Of a stretch of 29,134 nucleotides of DNA, positions 1 through 8,966 are shown piece by piece (within the stretch, counting starts at the first letter, position 1; the number at the start of each line of letters is the position of its first letter). A program made the translations under genes and the position numbers. The stretch is from an uncultured Candidatus Saccharibacteria bacterium (GTDB lineage Bacteria > Patescibacteriota > Minisyncoccia > Phycocordibacterales > WO2-35-19). Under the pieces are notes generated by a model. That model saw only the letters and a program-made list of their open reading frames with translations. It was not told the DNA's origin and searched no databases. The stretch is from positions 1 through 29,134 of the forward strand of contig CAZRMR010000003.1 in NCBI GenBank assembly GCA_964601245.1, read 5' to 3'.

Positions 1-175
1 GAGAAGCTCTGCCGTCTCGCGAGCGTCATCGAGCCACCCATTCTCCACTTGTTTACCGAGAATCTTTTGGAGTTCCTCGATAGTGAGTTCTCGTTTGAGA
101 AGCTCTGCCGTCTTGCGAGCGTCAGTGAACCACCCATTCTCCACTTGTTTACCAAGAATCTTTTGGAGTTCCTCG
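1..175. repeat. 96-bp-period tandem repeat (two copies visible)
   Basis: 1-79 vs 97-175 match at 74/79 nt; period of 96 nt equals 32 codons. Confidence 0.95.
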
Positions 176-261
176 GTCCGGTTTGGTTCGGGGAGAAAGT
201 CAAATGCTTTTTGTGCATATTTTCCTCCCAATTTTGTAAAAAGTTCATAAAGTTGGTTCAT
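1..261 (-). CDS. 32-aa tandem-repeat protein (runs off the left edge; not in the supplied ORF track)
   Basis: ATG at 261, GGAGG at 270-266, open to position 1: MNQLYELFTKLGGKYAQKAFDFLPEPNRT-EELQKILGKQVENGWFTDARKTAELLKRELTI-EELQKILGKQVENGWLDDARETAELL... Confidence 0.85.
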   Translation of the reverse strand, partial: MNQLYELFTKLGGKYAQKAFDFLPEPNRTEELQKILGKQVENGWFTDARKTAELLKRELTIEELQKILGKQVENGWLDDARETAELL

Positions 262-276
262 AAAACCTCCTTTATC

Positions 277-305
277 TTTATAATATTTATTACATAAAAA
301 GTCAA
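277..305 (-). promoter_or_regulatory. sigma70-type promoter for the repeat-protein gene
   Basis: TTGACT (305-300), 17-nt spacer, TATAAA (282-277). Confidence 0.6.
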
Positions 306-332
306 ATTTAAAAATATTTTAAAAATTATCTA

Positions 333-1028
333 TCACCATTCCCTCTCTTTCAATGCTTTTCTCGCCGCATCTTGCTCGGCGTCTTGTTTTGAGTCCCCTT
401 CACCTTCTGCAACCTTTTCTTCACCAAGAAACACACCAACTGTGAATTTTTTGTCGTGATCTGGTCCTGTTTCTTTTAGGGTTTTATATGAAGGTGTGAT
501 ACCTACCGCATCTTGAGCTTTTTCTTGAAATCTGCTCTTAGAATCTATCCAGAGTTCGTCATCAACAATTTTTTGGGTCATTGGTGTTATAAATTTCAAT
601 ATAAATTCTTCTGCTTTTTGATATCCAGAATCGATATATATTGCTCCGATAACTGCTTCAAGGGCATTGGCTAAAATATATTGGCGTGCTCTTCCAGTAT
701 CTTTTGCTTCCCCTTTCGAGAGAAGAAGAAATTCATTTATATTTATTTTTTTAGCAACTTCTGCGCAAGTTTGAGCATTGACTAAAGCGCTTCTTATTGA
801 AGTAAGATCGCCTTCATTTTTTTGGGGGTATTCATTGTAAAGAAAGTGGGTTATGACGAGTTCTAATACAGCATCTCCAAGAAATTCCAATCTTTCGTTG
901 TGACCATTTTTAATATGCTTATTTTCATTTAGAAAAGATCTGTGAGTCAAGGATTGTTTTAACAAGTCCTTGTTTTTAAAATTTACACCAATTATTTTTT
1001 CAAACTCTTCAAAATTTTTGTTTTGCAT
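333..1028 (-). CDS. rnc: Ribonuclease III
   Basis: Signature NERLEFLGDAVLEL, ANALEAVIGAIY, C-terminal dsRBD (GPDHDKKF...SKQDAEQDAA). Confidence 0.98.
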   Translation of the reverse strand: MQNKNFEEFEKIIGVNFKNKDLLKQSLTHRSFLNENKHIKNGHNERLEFLGDAVLELVITHFLYNEYPQKNEGDLTSIRSALVNAQTCAEVAKKININEFLLLSKGEAKDTGRARQYILANALEAVIGAIYIDSGYQKAEEFILKFITPMTQKIVDDELWIDSKSRFQEKAQDAVGITPSYKTLKETGPDHDKKFTVGVFLGEEKVAEGEGDSKQDAEQDAARKALKEREW

Positions 1029-1032
1029 ACCC

Positions 1033-1113
1033 TTAAGTTATAAAGTTAGAAAGGCGCAAGTTGGAAGGTTCAAAATATTTAAACTTTCAAACTTTGTACT
1101 TTTTAACTTTTAA
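1033..1113. repeat. Inverted array of 7-8-nt units between nusB and rnc
   Basis: AAG(T/G) units at 1035, 1043, 1051, 1058, 1065 face ACTTT units at 1083, 1091, 1098, 1106. Confidence 0.6.
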
Positions 1114-1984
1114 TTAACAAATTTATAGCTTTTGTAATTATTGGTAATATGTCATCATAAAAATTTAAACCAAGTATATCTGACAATTTGAACCACTGGA
1201 CATCATCAAGTCCACCTTTTTCTTCTTTGTTTTCAAGTGTTAATTCTTGAAAAGGAGCTTCTGCCAAATAATATATAACATGTTTTCTTAATTTTCCTTT
1301 TTCTGGATGAAAAGTGCCATAAGTATTTTCTCCAAGCTTTTCTTTTACCTCTACACTAAGACCGAGCTCTTCCTTTGCTTCTCTTACGAGACAATCTTTT
1401 TCGCTTTCCCCATTCTCAATTTTTCCTTTTGTAAGAGTCCAATGCCCAAAAACATCATGGACCAAAGCTACATAAATTTCTCCGTCATGATTGGCGTATA
1501 CGACGGCTCCAACTAAAGTTTCTTTTGTTTCTGGTTTTTTTGCTACACTCTCCTCGTCTTTACCTGGTTCTCCCATTTCTTTATAAACAGCACCAAGTAC
1601 TCCGTTTATAAATTTTCCACTTGTTTCTCCACCGAATTTTTTAGCTAGTTCTATGCTCTCGTTTATGGCCACTTTGGGAGGAACTTCGCTTCTATTGGAA
1701 AATAACAATTCATAAAGTCCAATACGAAGTATATTTCTGTCCATTATATTTATTTTCTCAATTGGCCACTCTGGAGCAGTTTTACTTATTATGTCGTCTA
1801 AATCTTTTATTTTATCTAAGATTCCTTTTAGGAGGTTTCTTGTAAAATTATCGGAATTTATACCTGGTGCAAACTCATTTAAATCCCTATCAAGTATTTC
1901 TTGTGTGTTCAATTTCTGACCACCAAAGTCCCACTCGTATAGAGTTTGTAGTACTGTTGATCTTGCAAGGTGCCTGTTTGCCAT
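1103..1984 (-). CDS. nusB: NusB fused to a C-terminal Nudix hydrolase domain
   Basis: N-terminal RHLARSTVLQTLYEW, DRNILRIGLYEL, VAINESIELAKKFG, FINGVLG (NusB); C-terminal Nudix box GKIENGESEKDCLVREAKEELGL. Confidence 0.95.
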   Translation of the reverse strand: MANRHLARSTVLQTLYEWDFGGQKLNTQEILDRDLNEFAPGINSDNFTRNLLKGILDKIKDLDDIISKTAPEWPIEKINIMDRNILRIGLYELLFSNRSEVPPKVAINESIELAKKFGGETSGKFINGVLGAVYKEMGEPGKDEESVAKKPETKETLVGAVVYANHDGEIYVALVHDVFGHWTLTKGKIENGESEKDCLVREAKEELGLSVEVKEKLGENTYGTFHPEKGKLRKHVIYYLAEAPFQELTLENKEEKGGLDDVQWFKLSDILGLNFYDDILPIITKAINLLIKS

Positions 1985-2099
1985 AGTTATGCTGTAAGAG
2001 ACAAGTATTATTTATTATGTTGAAAATTTGAAGATATAATAATTAATACATATCCCTTAATACAATATATTTTAACTTAATTTCAAATTACCCGCCAAT

Positions 2100-2327
2100 C
2101 TATTTATTTTCTTTGGCTTTCTCTTTTGCTTTTTTCTCACGCTTGGCAATCTTTGAATGCACATCCAAAACTTGTTTGCCTTTGTATTTACCACAAACTT
2201 CACACAACTTGTGTGGATGTTTTGGGCTACCGCATTCTTTGCACAAAGACAAAAAAACAGGAGAAAGCGCGTGGTGGCTCCTTCTGTTTGCCGTATGGGA
2301 TCTCGTATGTCTCATTCTTATTACCAT
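2100..2327 (-). CDS. rpmF: 50S ribosomal protein L32 (zinc-binding form)
   Basis: RRSHHAL, CKECG...PHKLCEVCGKYKG. Confidence 0.95.
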   Translation of the reverse strand: MVIRMRHTRSHTANRRSHHALSPVFLSLCKECGSPKHPHKLCEVCGKYKGKQVLDVHSKIAKREKKAKEKAKENK

Positions 2328-2371
2328 ATCTATATACTAATATATTTTAAAAAATAAGGCAAATAACAATA

Positions 2372-2391
2372 GGCCGATCTTTCGATCGGCC
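2372..2391 (-). terminator. Hairpin downstream of rnhB, probable intrinsic terminator
   Basis: 8-bp stem GGCCGATC/GATCGGCC, GAAA loop on the minus strand, followed by U-rich TATTGTTATTT. Confidence 0.65.
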
Positions 2392-2405
2392 CAAAAGTTA
2401 TATTT

Positions 2406-3032
2406 TTACAAAATAAATCTCTTTCTGTGAATTGAAGAAAGGCCATTTTTTTTGATAAGACTGTAGTGTAGGGCGGTACCATAACCTTTGTGGATTTGAA
2501 AAGAGTATTCGGGATATTTTTTTGATAGTCTGATCATCAGATGGTCTCTCGAAACCTTAGCAACTATCGAGGCACATGCAATAAATATGTTTCTATTGTC
2601 TCCACCGATTAGAGTTTTTTGGTTAGTGAATTGATTTGGGGCCTTTAGAGAACCGTCAAGTAGAATTTTTAATTTACAATCTTTAATTTTTAAATAATTT
2701 TCAATACCTAAATTTTCTAAACTTTTTTTAATTCCTAATTTAATTGCATAAGAAATTCCCTTCTTATCTACAATCTTATTTGAAATATTAGAAACATGAA
2801 AAAACACGCGGCCCGCCTTTTGGAGCTCGTACAGTTTTTTGTAAATTTCTTCTCTTTTTTTGGGACTTAATTTTTTTGAGTCTCTAAGTTTATTTTGAAA
2901 AATATTTTGTAACAACCATTTTTCCATCCTTTTTTCCGCTCCAAAAATTCCTACTGTTACTGGTCCCGCAAGTGGCCCTCTCCCCACCTCATCTATTCCA
3001 ACTATATATTGAGTTTTATGCAATCTTTTCAT
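2406..3032 (-). CDS. rnhB: Ribonuclease HII
   Basis: GIDEVGRGPLAGP, DSKKL, ILLDG, ASIVAKVSRD, HKGYGT. Confidence 0.97.
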   Translation of the reverse strand: MKRLHKTQYIVGIDEVGRGPLAGPVTVGIFGAEKRMEKWLLQNIFQNKLRDSKKLSPKKREEIYKKLYELQKAGRVFFHVSNISNKIVDKKGISYAIKLGIKKSLENLGIENYLKIKDCKLKILLDGSLKAPNQFTNQKTLIGGDNRNIFIACASIVAKVSRDHLMIRLSKKYPEYSFQIHKGYGTALHYSLIKKNGLSSIHRKRFIL

Positions 3033-3061
3033 TATTCTATTATTCCATTATTATACTAAAT

Positions 3062-6000
3062 ATGAAATTAACCCATCTTCATACTCATTCTCATTATTCC
3101 CTACTTCAAGCATTACCTAAAATACCTGAACTTGTGGATGCTGCTAAAAAAAATGGTATGGAAGCATTGGCTTTGACCGATAATGGTAATTTGTATGGCG
3201 CTATTGAATTTTATAAAGAGTGCCAGAAACAAGGATTGAAACCTATTATTGGTGTAGATGCTTATTTGGCTTCAAGAACTCGTTTTGATAAACAAGCTGG
3301 GGTTGATAAAGACCGATTCAGAGTGGTTTTGCTTTGTAAGAATGAAGTCGGTTATAAAAATCTTTTAAAATTAGTTACCGCTTCGTATCTTGAAGGTTTT
3401 TATTATAAACCAAGAATTGATCTTGAAATTTTAGAGAAATATCACGAAGGTCTTATTTGTATCTCTTCTTCTTGGAGTGGAGACATCTCTACCGCTTTAA
3501 GAAATAAAAATTATGAATTGGCCAAGAATTTAATAAATAAATATAAAAATATTTTTAAAAACGACGATGATAAACAAGACGGAGTCGCTTTAGGTGGAGA
3601 TTTTTATATTGAACTCACTATGCATCCAGAGCTTTTGGGCCACAATGAACACATGAATGAATTGGCTCGTTTTGCTAAAGAAAATTCAGTAGGGATCGTT
3701 GCTTCTCATGATGTATATTACATAAAAAAAGAAGATCGAGAAGCCAGAGAGACTTTGATGGCCGTTAGTCAAGGTATTGATTCAAAAAACTCATTATCGA
3801 GAGGTTTAGATGAATCAGAAGAAGATTTTTCTTTTTTAGATGAAGAAGAAATGAAAAAAAGATTTGCAGATTTTCCAGAGGCCATTTTTAATAATCATAA
3901 AATTTCTGCATTATGCAATCTTGATTTGGAGCTTGGTAGATGGGCTTTTCCTGATATAAAAATTTCTTCTGGCAAAACTTATGATGAAGAATTAAGAGAT
4001 CTATCTTATGCTGGTTTAGAAAAAAGAGATTTACCAAAAACTAAAGAAATAATAGACAGGTTGGATTATGAACTTGGGGTCATAAAGACAAAAGGATATT
4101 CTCCTTATTTTTTGGTCGTTGCTGATCTTTTAAGGTATGCCAGAGAAAATGGGATTCTAAGTAATATTAGAGGGTCTGTTTCTGGATCTCTTGTTACTTA
4201 TGTTGCCGGAATTACAAACATAAATCCTTTGGAATACGAAATACCTTTTGAAAGATTTTTAAATCCAGATAGACCAAGTGCTCCAGATATTGATATGGAT
4301 TTTGCTGATAATCGCCGAGACGAAATGGTTGAGTATGTGAAGCAAAAATATGGATCTGACAAAGTGGCTCAAATTGGAACTTTTGGGACAATGATGGCAA
4401 GAGGAAGTGTGCGCGATACTGCCAGAGCTCTAGGTTTTCCTTATAGTGTTGGAGATAGAATAGCCAAACTTATTCCAATGGGTGCACAGGGTCATCCGAT
4501 GACTATTGATAGGGCTCTCAGCGAAGTTTCTGAACTAGCAGAATTGTACAAAAAAGATGCTGATACAAAAAGAATCATAGATATGGCAAAAAAAATTGAA
4601 GGTTGTGCTCGTCATATTGGTGTTCATGCTGCGGGTGTTGTTATATCTCCAACCGAATTGACGAATTTTACTCCTCTCCAATTTGATCCCAAAGGAGAAA
4701 ACAAAATAATTACCCAATATGATATGTATAGTGTAGACGAAAATGGTGCAGGCCTCCTCAAGTTTGATTTTTTGGGTTTAAAAAATCTTTCCATAATATC
4801 TTCGACTATTGATCTAATAAAAAAATTGAGAGGTATTGATATAGATTTGGATAAAATGCCTATTGACGATAAAAAAACTTTCGAAATGCTTGCCAGAGGA
4901 GAAACAGAAGATCTATTTCAGCTTAACGGAGATGGTATGACTCGTTTTTTGGTTGAACTTAAACCATCATCAATTCACGACATAAACGCTATGGTTGCTC
5001 TTTATCGTCCGGGGCCAATGCAATTTATACCAAATTATATTGAAAGGAAGCATGATCCTTCCAAGATAACTTATTTAGATGAAGCTCTAGAACCAATACT
5101 TAAAAAAACTTATGGCATTTTGGTTTATCAAGATGATCTTTTAATGATGGCTCATAAGCTTGCTGGTTATTCTTGGGGTGAGGTAGATAAGTTTAGAAAA
5201 GCTGTTGGTAAAAAAATTCCAGAAGAAATGGCTTTGCAGAAAGAGAAATTTATAAAAGGATGCATTGAATTTTCCAAATGGTCAGAAAAAAAAGCAAGAG
5301 AAGTTTGGAAATGGATAGAACCTTTTGCCTCGTATGGTTTTAATAAAGCTCATTCAGTATCTTATGGAAGGGTTGCTTATCAAACAGCTTATCTTAAAGC
5401 AAATTTTCCTGGAGAATATATGCGAGCAGTATTGTCGGCTGAATCTGGAGATGTTGAAAAAGTTGCAAGATCAGTAAGTGAGTGCAAAAGAATGGGTATA
5501 AAAATATTACCTCCAGATATAAATGAAAGTTTTTCTGATTTTACTTTGATTGCCCAAAGCGATCCTCAAACTATCAGGTTTGGATTGTCTACTATAAAAA
5601 ATTTTGGTGAAGGAATTTCTCATACTATAACATCAAACAGAAAAGAAAAAGGTAAATTCAAATCGTTAGAAGATTTTCTAACTCGTATTCAAGATCGCAA
5701 CCTAAATAAAAAATCATTAGAAGCTTTAATAAAAAGTGGAGCCATGGATTCTTTTGGAGACCGTGGAGTTCTGCTTGCAAATATGGATAATTTGCTTGCT
5801 TATAATAAAGAAGTTTCTAATTTTAAAGATCAAAATTCTCTTTTCTCTTCTCTGTCCTCATCTGGTCAATTTTCACCACTTCACTTAGAAGAAGTGAGAC
5901 CAGCCCTACTTTCAGAAAAGTTGTCTTGGGAAAAAGAACTTTTAGGTCTTTATGTTTCTGGTCATCCGTTAGATCAATTTAAAGAAAAACTTCAGAATCA

Positions 6001-6286
6001 AAAAATCACAATAAAAAAAATAAAAGATGAAGCAAAAGAAGATGAAATTGTTGTGGTCGGTGGTTTAATAAGTGAAATGCGTGATATCTTGACCAAAAAT
6101 GGTGAAAAAATGTATTTTATAAAATTTGCCGATTTAACAGATGAAATTGAGTTAGTCGTTTTCCCTCGGACTCTTCAAGAGTTCTCTTCAATTTTTGTCC
6201 CAGACCAATGTATTGCAGTCAAAGCTCGCGTCTCTCTTCGCAATGGTGAAAAATCTCTAATTGCCGAAAAAGCCAAAAAGTTATAA
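3062..6286 (+). CDS. dnaE: DNA polymerase III alpha subunit (start revised from 2972 to 3062)
   Basis: PHP HLHTHSHYS, catalytic PDIDMDF, KFDFLGL, FNKAHS, C-terminal OB fold; the ORF-track start overlaps rnhB. Confidence 0.98.
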   Translation: MKLTHLHTHSHYSLLQALPKIPELVDAAKKNGMEALALTDNGNLYGAIEFYKECQKQGLKPIIGVDAYLASRTRFDKQAGVDKDRFRVVLLCKNEVGYKNLLKLVTASYLEGFYYKPRIDLEILEKYHEGLICISSSWSGDISTALRNKNYELAKNLINKYKNIFKNDDDKQDGVALGGDFYIELTMHPELLGHNEHMNELARFAKENSVGIVASHDVYYIKKEDREARETLMAVSQGIDSKNSLSRGLDESEEDFSFLDEEEMKKRFADFPEAIFNNHKISALCNLDLELGRWAFPDIKISSGKTYDEELRDLSYAGLEKRDLPKTKEIIDRLDYELGVIKTKGYSPYFLVVADLLRYARENGILSNIRGSVSGSLVTYVAGITNINPLEYEIPFERFLNPDRPSAPDIDMDFADNRRDEMVEYVKQKYGSDKVAQIGTFGTMMARGSVRDTARALGFPYSVGDRIAKLIPMGAQGHPMTIDRALSEVSELAELYKKDADTKRIIDMAKKIEGCARHIGVHAAGVVISPTELTNFTPLQFDPKGENKIITQYDMYSVDENGAGLLKFDFLGLKNLSIISSTIDLIKKLRGIDIDLDKMPIDDKKTFEMLARGETEDLFQLNGDGMTRFLVELKPSSIHDINAMVALYRPGPMQFIPNYIERKHDPSKITYLDEALEPILKKTYGILVYQDDLLMMAHKLAGYSWGEVDKFRKAVGKKIPEEMALQKEKFIKGCIEFSKWSEKKAREVWKWIEPFASYGFNKAHSVSYGRVAYQTAYLKANFPGEYMRAVLSAESGDVEKVARSVSECKRMGIKILPPDINESFSDFTLIAQSDPQTIRFGLSTIKNFGEGISHTITSNRKEKGKFKSLEDFLTRIQDRNLNKKSLEALIKSGAMDSFGDRGVLLANMDNLLAYNKEVSNFKDQNSLFSSLSSSGQFSPLHLEEVRPALLSEKLSWEKELLGLYVSGHPLDQFKEKLQNQKITIKKIKDEAKEDEIVVVGGLISEMRDILTKNGEKMYFIKFADLTDEIELVVFPRTLQEFSSIFVPDQCIAVKARVSLRNGEKSLIAEKAKKL

Positions 6287-6295
6287 TATTTATTT

Positions 6296-8131
6296 ATGAG
6301 TAAAGAAAAATCTCTCGACAAGCTCGAGACAAGCAATATTGAAGAAATAAGACATTCCCTTTCGCATTTATTGGCAGCGGCTGTTTTAGAAATTTATCCT
6401 GAAGCCCTCCCTACTTTGGGACCAGCTACTGATACAGGATTTTATTACGATTTTGATTTGCCGGCCGGAGTTTCAGCGAAGGAGGGTTTCTTAGAATCTA
6501 TTGAGCAAAAAATGCGTGAAATTGGAAAGACATGGAAGACTTTTGATGGTAAAGAAATCTCTTACGATGAAGCTAGAAAACTTTTTTCAAAAAATCCATA
6601 CAAACTTGAATTGATTGAGGAAATAAATTCTAAGGGTGAGAAAATTACTATTTATACTTCTGGTGAAGGTAAAAATTCTTTTACTGATCTTTGCCGAGGT
6701 GGGCATACCGGTGATATGTCAAATGTTTCCTTTGACAGTTGGAAACTTGATAGAGTGGCTGGTGCTTACTGGAGAGGAGATGAGAAGAACAAAATGCTTA
6801 CTCGCATTTATGGTTTGGCTTTTGAGACAAAAGAAGAACTTGATCAATTCATTCAGAATCAAGAAGAAGCAAAAAAAAGAGATCACAGGAAACTCGGAAA
6901 AGAGTTGGATTTTTTCCATATAGATGATGTTGTTGGTTTAGGTCTCCCCCTTTGGCACCCAAAGGGAGCTCTTTTGTGGAGAGTTATAGAAGAATTTTGG
7001 TATAAAAAACACTTACAAAATGGATACGATTTGGTGAGGACTCCTCATATAGGCAATAGGGCCCTTTGGGAAACTTCTGGACATTGGGGTTTTTACAACA
7101 AATCAATGTATCCCCCAATTGAGGTTGGCCAAACCCTGGAAGAAAAACAACAAAATAAAAAAATAGATAATTCCGAAGAATATTTATTGAAGCCGATGAA
7201 TTGTCCTTTTCATGTTGAGATTTATAACAATAGACCAAAATCTTATAGAGATTTACCTTTAAGATGGGCGGAGTGCGGTACTGTGTATAGATTTGAAAAA
7301 AAAGGAGAACTTTCTGGACTTACTAGAGTTAGGGGTTTTACTCAAGACGATGCTCACATTATTTGCAGAAAAGATCAGGTAGAAGATGAGCTAAAAAAAG
7401 TTATAGATTTTATTTTGTTTATTTATCAATCTTTTGGTTTTGATATTGGAAAAGTTAAAGTTTATTTGTCGCTTAGAGATCCGGAAAATAAAGATAAATA
7501 TGCTGGTGATGATCTGGGTTGGAAATTTACTGAGGAAGTTTTGAGGAAAGTTGCTGTAGAAAAGAAATTAAACTTCAAAGAAGAATTGGGAGAAGCAGCA
7601 TTTTATGGACCAAAACTTGATTTCAAAATCGAAGATTCTTTGGGTAGGGAGTGGCAATGTTCAACCTTACAATTTGATTTTAATTTACCAGAAAGATTTG
7701 ATATGACTTTTGTGAATTCAGAGGGTAAGCAAGAAAGACCTTACATGCTTCACAGGGCCTTGTTTGGGTCATATGAAAGATTTATAGGTCTTCTTATCGA
7801 ACACTATGCTGGAGCTTTGCCTTTCTGGCTTTCTCCTGTTCAGGTAAAAATTATTCCCGTGAGATCAAACCACAATGAATATGCCAAAAAAATTCATGAT
7901 TTTCTTATAGAAAATGATATCCGTTCAGAATTTGACGATAGAGATGAAAATCTTGGAGGAAAAGTTCGCTCTGCAAAAAATGAAAAAATTCCTTATTGGA
8001 TTGTAGTCGGTGATAAAGAAGTTGAGTCAAAAGAATTTGTTTTAGAATCTCTCGATGGTTCTAAATTAGATCCACTTTCTTCTCAAAATCTACTGGACCT
8101 CTTCCAAAAACAAATCAAAGAAAAGAAATAA
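6296..8131 (+). CDS. thrS: Threonine--tRNA ligase (no N-terminal TGS domain)
   Basis: RHSLSHLLA, DLCRGGH, KPMNCP, RVRGFTQDDAH, AFYGPK, anticodon-binding domain. Confidence 0.98.
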   Translation: MSKEKSLDKLETSNIEEIRHSLSHLLAAAVLEIYPEALPTLGPATDTGFYYDFDLPAGVSAKEGFLESIEQKMREIGKTWKTFDGKEISYDEARKLFSKNPYKLELIEEINSKGEKITIYTSGEGKNSFTDLCRGGHTGDMSNVSFDSWKLDRVAGAYWRGDEKNKMLTRIYGLAFETKEELDQFIQNQEEAKKRDHRKLGKELDFFHIDDVVGLGLPLWHPKGALLWRVIEEFWYKKHLQNGYDLVRTPHIGNRALWETSGHWGFYNKSMYPPIEVGQTLEEKQQNKKIDNSEEYLLKPMNCPFHVEIYNNRPKSYRDLPLRWAECGTVYRFEKKGELSGLTRVRGFTQDDAHIICRKDQVEDELKKVIDFILFIYQSFGFDIGKVKVYLSLRDPENKDKYAGDDLGWKFTEEVLRKVAVEKKLNFKEELGEAAFYGPKLDFKIEDSLGREWQCSTLQFDFNLPERFDMTFVNSEGKQERPYMLHRALFGSYERFIGLLIEHYAGALPFWLSPVQVKIIPVRSNHNEYAKKIHDFLIENDIRSEFDDRDENLGGKVRSAKNEKIPYWIVVGDKEVESKEFVLESLDGSKLDPLSSQNLLDLFQKQIKEKK

Positions 8132-8152
8132 ATTAAAATTAATAAATTAATA

Positions 8153-8841
8153 ATGGAAGGACCACTTCAGCAAAGCCAAATCACCGAAGCTCATTTGAAG
8201 GCTTACGAAAGAGCAAAGACTAGACTTTTGGAAGTTTTTCAAAAAAAGGATGAAAAAGAATTAAAGGAATTAATAGAAGAGGTGGAAAAATTTGCTGAAG
8301 TGGCTCAGATAGATAGTTTTGATATTAATAATGTTTTAGATGAAATAAAAAAAATTTTAGGACAAGATGATCCAAATATTTTCGTAGAGACAATATTCAA
8401 TTTAGTAAAACCATTATTGGATAAAAAAGTTGAACAACCTGAATATTTTGAAATCGCAAGAAGAGAAAGAATATTTCAAAATTCGGGTAATATTAAATTG
8501 AGTGAATTGATGTATTACAATGTTGATTTAGAAAATGAAATGGTGTTGCACACATCCATATTGCTCCAAGAGGAAATAAAGGTATAGGTGAAATAGTAAA
8601 AGCATTTCGCGGTGGCATGAAAGAATTAGCCAGACAAGTTAGTCAAAATGAAAAAATAAAAGAGATACAAGCGACTTCTTGGATTGTTGCCTCAAATCCC
8701 GGATTATTAAAAAAAGCAGGTTTTAATGTTGAAGGAGCTATAACGGAAGAAATGCGCACAACACATTTCAATGATGAAGATAGACCAGTGGCTTGGGCTC
8801 ATATAAACAGAGAAAAATTGTTAGAGAGGTATTTAGCTTAG
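8153..8841 (+). pseudogene. Frameshifted hypothetical gene (~227 aa if repaired), possible GNAT-like C-terminal half
   Basis: The 144-aa and 74-aa ORFs join if one AAATG of the tandem pair at 8533-8542 is removed: ...YNVDLEN-GVAHIHIAPRGNKGIGEIVKAFRGGMKELARQV...ATSWIVASNPGLLKKAGF. Confidence 0.8.
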
Positions 8842-8966
8842 TTTTTTATTCTTTACGATATATCGTATAAATTAAATAAAAGTTTTTCAAAAGTTGATTC
8901 AAAAAAATTTTTTAAATTTAACTTAAAAAAAGTAACCAAAAAATATCAAAATTTATTATTTTTTAT

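Noticed and set aside
1-175. CRISPR array
   Set aside because: The repeated block is ~79 nt with a 96-nt in-frame period inside an ORF; no unique spacers and no cas genes.
49-297. 82-aa plus-strand ORF
   Set aside because: Antisense shadow of the minus-strand repeat protein, which has the promoter and SD.
2972-3061. 30-aa N-terminal extension of DnaE
   Set aside because: Overlaps rnhB on the opposite strand; the PHP domain starts right after the ATG at 3062.
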